NCBI GenBank assembly: GCA_905207515.1 | Contig: CAJLLK010000002.1 | Coordinates: forward strand, 1 to 56,592 | Length of the DNA: 56,592 nucleotides | Source: an uncultured Christensenella sp. | GTDB lineage: Bacteria > Bacillota > Clostridia > Christensenellales > UBA1242 | Direction of reading: 5' to 3' | In this document: piece by piece, positions 55,901 through 56,592 of the stretch | How positions within the stretch are numbered: the stretch's first letter is position 1 | Layout of the letters: each line of letters opens with the position of its first letter | The notes under the pieces: generated by a model | What the model was told of the DNA's origin: nothing | What the model saw: the letters and a program-made list of their open reading frames with translations, nothing else | Databases searched by the model: none | Made by a program: the position numbers and the translations under genes

Positions 55901-56469
55901 AAATATCCGACAATCGAACCAACATTGGTCTCGCTTTCGCCTGCAACATCAATATCCACATTTCGCAAATGAAGATTCGTCACCTTTCCGCTGTCTGCAA
56001 GCGCTCCAAAAAAACCAACCGCTCTGTTGTCAAAGGAAATCATGCCAGAATCGTTAAAAGTTTCACTGCTGTCAATTCTCAAATTGTATATGTAATGCCC
56101 ATTGCCGTCAAAGGTTCCTTGAAAGCCTTGAAGGGTGTTGCCATTATATCCGCCAATCGGAAGCCAGTTGTGCCCAGCAAGGTCAATGTCATTTTCCAAT
56201 CTGATTATCATGTTGCTAAAGTTTCGATAACCGCTCGAATTGTTGACCTGATAAGCAAAATAAGAGAGCCCCTTTGCACTGAAAATAGAAATGGTGTTTC
56301 CGCCAGCAACGTAATAATCACTGTCTGTCACACTCGTAGCATATTCTCCATCCCAAACGCTGGCACCAATGCTTGAGGCGTTTGTTTGAAAGCCGCCAAA
56401 AAAGCCAAGCGTTCCACAAAGGCTAAACACGAAAATCATCAAACTGTAAAATATAGATTTTCTTTTCAT
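37972..56469 (-). CDS. Giant (about 6165 aa) modular, tail-anchored cell-surface adhesin-like protein
   Basis: 18.5-kb ORF with no stop codon. ATG at 56469 is preceded by GGGAGATTTTAC. Signal peptide MKRKSIFYSLMIFVFSLCGTLGFFGGFQTNA/SS. The protein contains GLUG-type repeats, three head modules, InlB-B / Listeria-Bacteroides-type repeats (for example nt 50460-50750 and 42285-42535, ...PTRTGYDFDGWW...IYAKW), MBG (YDG/YG) modules, a C-terminal TM helix and a K/R tail. No LPXTG motif. Confidence 0.9.
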   Translation of the reverse strand: MKRKSIFYSLMIFVFSLCGTLGFFGGFQTNASSIGASVWDGEYATSVTDSDYYVAGGNTISIFSAKGLSYFAYQVNNSSGYRNFSNMIIRLENDIDLAGHNWLPIGGYNGNTLQGFQGTFDGNGHYIYNLRIDSSETFNDSGMISFDNRAVGFFGALADSGKVTNLHLRNVDIDVAGESETNVGSIVGYLYNSGTGSDAAYNATYLQSCSASGDVDISYSSNASQTGTIGGLVGKLENASVSYSRSDVDITLSGASTNSTDVQIGGVAGYAKSAGITYSFNEGNLTATSFSNAVVGGLAGYTEGQESGMYVNRNFRVTNSYNSGSIASNAGILGGLVGLAGNDYVQISTSYNSGDVSYTSASLQSGDYVGGIVGHISPSSLSEFALQNLLSVGVVSVSGTARATVFNGSTPTEISNVFYDANYTNSASSGTTAMQNLTALAMTKDFYLDEDIWASGTWTFSDSAWQISPSVNGGFPYLKVVYDYGNSNNDTDYSEDIPLKGDGSVNNPYLIQTAGDLGWLSFNYSSLIYGDNETLQGGSYKHFSLQNDIDLGGRTWQPIGTAALPFTGIFDGNGYTISGISCSLQDQFSYHAFFGVAQNAVIKNLTLGEFNFINAGTTERASFVGLANGNVYLVNCVDNSNEDLDAVGNVSGQLFVVYGQDNLDSSGEPVALNLPTGNVTIGNLLTVDGRSGTFFSKERSLYSTYSVMIDDQNKLLLPIDTSNTIIDTTFGQTLLPGLSTELGNSDVVIREGFYLLGYRFDGTSTNAIFSDETLTNSNLTNLLSTSRHNLYAVWQELDVRVYVVYNQYEKDNFASSIDSSKYTTVTSFESAEPGTVYLNENSGEVFAVYEMGYDTFVSQYETAFNCPSIDGTPLRDGDFELAGIYYGYENENFVDGQTIDETSGFRINGDLPNIEIISDGTTASASATYYAKWQGVETAGKAIRIELSKGEGATEFASNFDLSSAVKAISITKHFGANSEETNVYDIDDANGDGYSLGDVLEVSGENILLNLGFDTRLSDSLQHWISVSLELQTGFITSGALSFEGTNVDVNFGDVTTSSGLSNVALSDLSNIRFYNLNPIDGVYQISASVVRQNLNWTTTISENVNWAFAPVLSEDFASVHIWNNTTSSFQIFDSLSDKDYIGFDFAHNLLITSDADYDTEINSGTDWQDFFVTENDVTKMIFRYSIGQENNVYYGYEHNSTTGETTLYQADFVSIDEITYTEMLVSYQSGRNGEFVFNYYVLTDFAVLASTNEDTLMFNNYYTGDQPTILKSATDNTETVSEKPTKLLYVFNDLSEKTGNFVLQTFYTMAYFDFEFYTDGLDETGNGFETLLNSENEPNIYINSHSISVNENGEVQFLVEASDFYKAAFGSSIALPTRTGESFAVGTGDIDVEVEFSNTNVDDPSSDETTSANSAYETDFNNLNSGSYFQNSQSATTTMPTVTVYQKGQTLEGFGLPLDICQNDTFLVTLPFTEATQPNGLKPGHYTVKIKVVDVNYSLQFKTAFVDEQGSTAFSDDSSSNINFSVNGVAVNGSQAITQNNLKYGDSVSLSTSLGEDNGYVFGGYYVIEHYKTIENDIFSEEKTVGTYLNANQDYQTTYSALNNQLGTLSDVQDLSNLGKTGDNRFLVTIYAVYERKQTRVFVYDQVLLLNEDGSGQDNRYFATNLSLDFSINGNATTNGESYVNYYYNSASVTDSALSNLNFEMSGTNANGYYVAGYALVDATGEYIKDIYNENIYVEDTNIDLFDALHEKIKAGQTDDGQTYYLMPIIRQKKIDVYFHSGTGDETNIYGDQKNGHVFSATGEETTDSTVKFSGIYFGSSISLTSGFGGDIEIDGAEPVNQIVVNDYFASRTGYILGDIYGQTWNIVNFGGFAASTLNLNIAYFGTSLNNELHLYRLWRASSFNLIFRNNGGTFSSSVTDTNYVVVRTEFDNNNYVGNVPTAQSISRTGYDLAGWGILLADETYEKIFESDGSLVEGSDLFDENGNYVSASDTNLHAMWENGTFDIQIIFNSANIEETEKTYQIKYNSTFANLLDGEETVALSEISLEREGYIFDGFYIVSGNSQIEVTDETVFSEYLQTCNLAGTPALTIYSRWAFDPAAVSLSFVSNMLENLTYNGQPQTVYLAQYFTSENFTATGYEISVADNSLSITLPTEMNSSVVLTLTSSTAMTNSDNLSFQVENAGEFYVTLTIQIQDNATYLNLGTVSSQNYQFGIVVDQSELDFEIDDTARMLSNAKRIIQPFLTSSQWAAADSLNTLSGFASYIKTQDSTATSATDEEIYEFVMVKYYLLLTASTGEEHNTYRTWTYQNYGDYLMENSESVTALLENLTYFAFYDHQTRFNLEVDKAAYNFDLTANENSVSEIEIESLIVYSTSPLQPNGLYQLRMYLQNIDEENGLANYNVLQDGENAYLNAGYVYLLPQVLEIENTGADQSYFEDGSFDHVSIDWFEGISDTIEYDSETFYKIGENLYANANLVTSSIGSQTSDTTYTFFDETNNLYFDNVRIVSQTVYEDGSASYQYVTNRFKLVLDENETFTILKTDGLVNLNFFAKYLTLNENNNAEFGDVDETMAESLLNITRVVYQTEDGSTYEITENLEEKLYTIEGSSGGTINLFEIRANNKNQVSIFVTSLVKELTVSISERDLSEYITFSQWSAEDVYTVSDNLEDNTSVTFSFSYQDDTLTITSDKGDEIVQSTTGVTEIDYNAVWTDLVPVHYDYNLPEDYAIGTVTQLLLKLGTSTVDELIVPSVDGLELSSLTAATQTGSSIDYRDLFAGGTFRGLNVNNPHLPIYLTARWAAMSIEGTANVDVSQPIRMAALTFEEMAASSIYTITNFNDQVYNYTYQWYFEDEPLLTGSTLTLAGNGRYAESGTYKLVITAQLKSKFFSSLDDTAQSESSVEVEFELSFERTKVLEVVFDETQSEYSASAKNPGLTITFQSFDRDTGDFGEEVEQSLFLDSAMFSKEIKLGEQVVDQMRNAGIYTITLSFDSEYYDASSLSSLSFTYTVNPAVVELSPISAEKTFNADEPSLNRTSYLSNEYVQLSFTREAGEDIGEYDIYFNEIVGDIKTNYTFTFGNVTVYENGQLTEAGSSTAVGTFEITKGGTLRLSYATSEILPNALKAPYDENGYTLSLSNGVLQILNGTETYQSLTLNLYDVLNNKYLTTGEAYDLIISMLNSASTNFVNLSTPYQTATNCAVYTYQIFNPNNAYFQQIEFEQGFSFEIERRTVDVSAFTFEKEFDGSATVYYDLDGQEIDLESFNGVYVQATFASIHAGENISVGLSLRATDESVILSNYQLSSTNATGTITKLSATYTVSLGAASYVYGNVSINNFQNLISTTQVMSGGRDVSSLLFNGYYSIEYSLQTAAGADVSSNSNGYLYVGDYKFVAESSFQDFDMTLVLPEFSVTPLNITKTLSQGYIVISESDTVAESYSETLTVPNTGDQIVLEFVPTGLISGTQASAGFYELTLKENSFLSDSVTVTLAENSRAFEVTASNEILYVRIDDTSILTQNYNSQEFVFSATKDGLTISNSSMQTTLSSTFSFYRRTDTGEESVDASGLTFTSIFFTSTAGTMENAGTYRLSLNATLSGSEYANVVFYETYNFVINAVEINLQNFAVTKTYDGSSTQVITNLSGMIDGDNVSVLARYESLNAGEDIAVSLFLQGADSGNYRLTNAPSTGSISKADATITLTKTEFVYGEIRNDLALPFEISSSTTIYQTQYVIAFSIAKADGTELEFSGNSYLYAGSYSVSLDEENSISANFNLNFDATDIEVLAYNLNIVFSEDGIFAVEHGSEDALSNTFDYNYTTPLYEEISLTLTRETGSEVGYYQVLSGTTTDTNYSVSVTDNSPAGFFRIIKAQDILYMLASDKDELSTDSEGMTISFEYDGFLYDTISVSSANGQNSLVLTSSINSTARRSFALNAYTYDGEKYTKSDIQVENLTANVFFMNYGRDVGTYYIYANNASSSTNEVRLGKLNQAYNFILNITAKQIYFKEGTLDNLTVEISQSTGNAILKKTFDNQDATFSFEDASAILTGVGDGDILGLDLSFMTEDDQIARYAGTGYTLQATLRGDNVDNYHLNLQLQGGDTTLTGAIDRAGLTIYIQSQNFTYGDEIDLEFSYISDTGINLDAYTQSMVIELNVDTTGVTMSGSGNLPVGEYSMALTFIANDFVISKYVVNNVEADDYSAARVYVAAKALTISQKDIPLRDVFTKTYDASQAVTIFDEQNELLFNVSGTLGGDNVSVASANYAQATLGQSIQVDFTLSGNDSANYTISPWMYGVIEAINVELVFDYDTDVWESNVERAGLTQISQLNFPFVSSDLTSNSTGTTSTRNFPTSLMAKPGQQVGQSFSHWTMDFAVSEGSAEYLFLENAKAAINFESAYQDGIYSITVGNNERTVNLLNALINDDTENLFGLYFRENDNLQVTFTPNWTTLQQSIQVYIVDNNNQPAEYGKVTINETQEITEAFLGQFDYGSTITLQAESNAHCYFLGFYDGSGSIYTTSGSVVINGNQMTISNLNQNYVIYARFEVQHVDVVMNVEPSDDLTIPTNFVYQNGSYVWQTNYMNLADLLLSGEEFAISKTGHNLTEFLAEWRVQNGSSGSTTVSQEDFGTTSISSLLGSLSGNSITLTLTPTFEAQGIRVNLYYGYQEDDAEKVTTIYVPYGSSFAQAIGWEENPTRTGYDFDGWWTSDGSDNDDWGTQVSGTTTMNSTEEQNIYAKWNLASFGLRLTAQNATISNASITFNSSDGVYTADDQLFGTIITFDVAPNAGYRVSLDGWEAYFAVSDDDGDGTVSVTLTMPGEDVDFTLPIEANTNSVTISGDLKEFSVFDITNGEETELLGNPFEIATGRKIRIDVTAQDGYHISSDVIFNDETGLTINKILDDDGYLTAIEIEGISKDLLITFTSTARQNTVSLGFDHYDRISSLEAGGITYPNISEETTLSVATGSTLEVTVTMNHGYELDTTNFTNDDNLAVSILGGDGTYTVSISNVSADSSLTLQTLLAKFTIRVEVISYNEAQEQVNVPENIATVSGGSQVEANFGSTVTLHYEMESTYSFAGWSTDGSSIFDSSQDYSYTVEDDATIYAIFSKSRYNISLGTLNYYTVGNEYGEPDRVQTIYSEITGHYFDGDTEISGIELYFGASKTITFQVPDGFRYYGYGYRNGDEVVVLQTNPMSGQRVDVRISSSDLVSMPNSSTLFMIVEAYNISINFETKIDIDGVREEDVDVGWMQMQAQDGSTVNQFGYLEGTRVHYSDNSFASGALLSNKNFTVVAYTNDSFYLRVEARKSGYRFYSLVANRPDVELTQVEVSNEYAIYQISGFVGGQDELEIEVLFRPQLNLIDISFTNNGAIVDGGAFTFNISEENSRKIWTSGREYSSVLVSAYTDSEFEVTAFIRAGYNIDPLTLTIIDENNLIVGDITYHSLSLLNTGYTAMITFSVGGYLGTNAIQVVVTPTKYNVKLMEDATTLAIIKNVEFDSLLNLSQNNSANIEILDDRISYANGRLNVVIPKAEHYFAGYFTSQNGAGVQYINSEGGAINAWQENGYALNTQTSRYELTENAALDPETGEITISLYIYWSYWKTRINISFEPNINANYTAQDVVTGVDYTNSWFYGTAPLYIEVSFNTNVTLVAPEFNGYTFYKFVISQRTAQGVWLTDVVAYNNNLPWSTNEFDQIVECNIRIVYFAKVDVSVNGGDGTYTIIQETEDNQAADLISQGYVDTTKEFTIQAHPAEGYTFLYWRNVSTGQVTFNSSMTLTANSSINLVMYVQGQVAVFNFEDYDPTFGQILTLEIVSRNGRYNTLRMGSFSGDDFIKTVLQTPGDANQTGAIKVGDRVTFIMSVDYGFGVTWNRDDITFVEYSSNYYYFEMIVSADCAGQTLDIIPTFEDEVLSIYVSKAFEESQIVSNALDGNNEELAGYVVFNGNRTNVVTSAYGIDITIQLVTNLRYAISSITLRNYGNTFENILQFVDESGNLILPRDFLEEQNIVGTVQMSIEYEREFWEEQNLQTTELEGGGTSRNPYIISTQEDLTLMMKFVNSGERNSAGTYYKDANYVLANDIDLQNFFWTPIGTTENAFNGRFNFNGHRIFEVHNAYTYDMVSYNGLFGVIGAYAQFTNSTDNLWYVYLIVAILIVVIVLLIVLIYTNKKKKKRREELAKK
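38017..38088 (-). other. C-terminal TM anchor of the giant protein
   Basis: LWYVYLIVAILIVVIVLLIVLIYT, followed by the cytoplasmic tail NKKKKKRREELAKK (37975..38016). Confidence 0.8.
38089..38412 (-). other. Head module copy 3, directly adjacent to the membrane anchor
   Basis: GGGTSRNPYIISTQEDLTLMMKF...YVLANDIDLQNFFWTPIGTTENAFNGRFNFNGHRIFEV...GLFGVIG. Checked against nt 38371-38420. Confidence 0.7.
43600..46775 (-). repeat. Array of at least four MBG-type (YDG / YG) modules
   Basis: EKEFDGSATV...SNYQLSSTNATGTITK (~46535-46775). TKTYDGSSTQV...GADSGNYRLT (~45400-45615). KKTFDNQDATF...DNVDNYHLNL (~44195-44420). TKTYDASQAV...NDSANYTISP (~43600-43835). These alternate with ...(V/T)YG(N/E/D)... 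segments. Boundaries are approximate. Confidence 0.6.
54712..54969 (-). other. Head module copy 2
   Basis: NNPYLIQTAGDLGWLSF...FSLQNDIDLGGRTWQPIGTAALPFTGIFDGNGYTISGI. Checked against nt 54901-54960. Confidence 0.7.
55327..56025 (-). repeat. GLUG-motif repeat region (parallel beta-helix-like)
   Basis: G-G-(L/I/V)-(V/A)-G recurs every 30-40 aa: VGFFGAL, GSIVGYL, GGLVGKL, GGVAGYA, GGLAGYT, GGLVGLA, GGIVGHI. The region ends with the typical W..SPSVNGGFPYL. Confidence 0.7.
56077..56334 (-). other. Head module copy 1
   Basis: ...IIRLENDIDLAGHNWLPIGGYNGNTLQGFQGTFDGNGHYIYNLRI. Confidence 0.7.
56377..56469 (-). other. Sec signal peptide of the giant protein
   Basis: Basic n-region MKRKS, a 22-aa hydrophobic core, and a T-N-A/SS cleavage-like site. 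FSLC is not a canonical lipobox. Confidence 0.7.
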
Positions 56470-56552
56470 GTAAAATCTCCCATTTTGAAATTGAAGACCT
56501 TTTCTTTGCAAGATAATAAAAGCCGAAAAATCGCAGAAAATTTCTTATAACA

Positions 56553-56581
56553 ATTATACAAGAAATACGTTTTTTTAGCAA
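56553..56581 (-). promoter_or_regulatory. SigA-type promoter of the giant gene
   Basis: Minus strand TTGCTA (56576..56581), 17-nt spacer, TATAAT (56553..56558). The predicted 5' UTR is about 75 nt. Confidence 0.6.
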
Positions 56582-56592
56582 ATAAATCTTTG

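Noticed and set aside
39259-55961. Dozens of 60-175-aa ORFs on both strands inside the giant gene, and similarly inside 31..12581
   Set aside because: All are alternative-frame or antisense shadows of an 18.5-kb open frame. None has an RBS or recognisable motifs.
56470-56511. ORF-track start (TTG, MQRKGLQFQNGRFY...) of the giant gene
   Set aside because: There is no RBS in front of it. The ATG at 56469 has GGGAG 7 nt upstream and begins a canonical signal peptide (MKRKS plus a hydrophobic core).
1-56592. Alternative genetic code (TGA read as Trp or Gly), CRISPR arrays, IS elements, integrases, and tRNA or rRNA genes
   Set aside because: TGA clearly terminates well-conserved genes (ybaB, dnaX body, ATPase). 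No direct-repeat/spacer arrays, transposase-like ORFs, terminal inverted repeats or cloverleaf-like GC-rich segments were seen.

Overview
AT-rich chromosomal segment with the gene order of a low-GC Bacillota (Clostridia-like) organism. It uses the standard genetic code, with TGA serving as a stop codon. About 30 mostly housekeeping genes lie almost entirely on the minus strand: rpmG-secE-nusG-rplK-rplA; argS; pgk-tpiA-dnaX-ybaB-recR; dus; hup; a MOP-family flippase; rplI; tatD-rsmA; spmAB; holB-ricT(yaaT)-methyltransferase; a P-type Ca2+-ATPase; and uppP. Three giant ORFs interrupt them and fill roughly 55% of the window. They are a 5'-partial gene of at least 2750 aa (1..8253, +), a 1423-aa gene (8310..12581, -) and an 18.5-kb, about 6165-aa gene (37972..56469, -). 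All three share one topology: an N-terminal Sec-type signal peptide, a huge acidic ectodomain rich in N/T/S/Y, one C-terminal TM helix and a short K/R tail, with no LPXTG motif. I found no tRNA or rRNA genes, CRISPR arrays, transposases or integrases. The main second-look items are: (1) the giant tail-anchored adhesin-like proteins, especially the 6165-aa one, which carries three copies of a head module; (2) dnaX split at an A9 run, where a -1 shift restores the C-terminal (tau-like) domain; (3) consensus promoters placed 6 nt upstream of ATG codons, suggesting leaderless mRNAs; (4) a solo HicB-like gene next to a self-contained 43-codon micro-ORF; and (5) a ~100-bp block of helically phased A-tracts. 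All functional calls rest on motif recognition by eye. No database searches were run.
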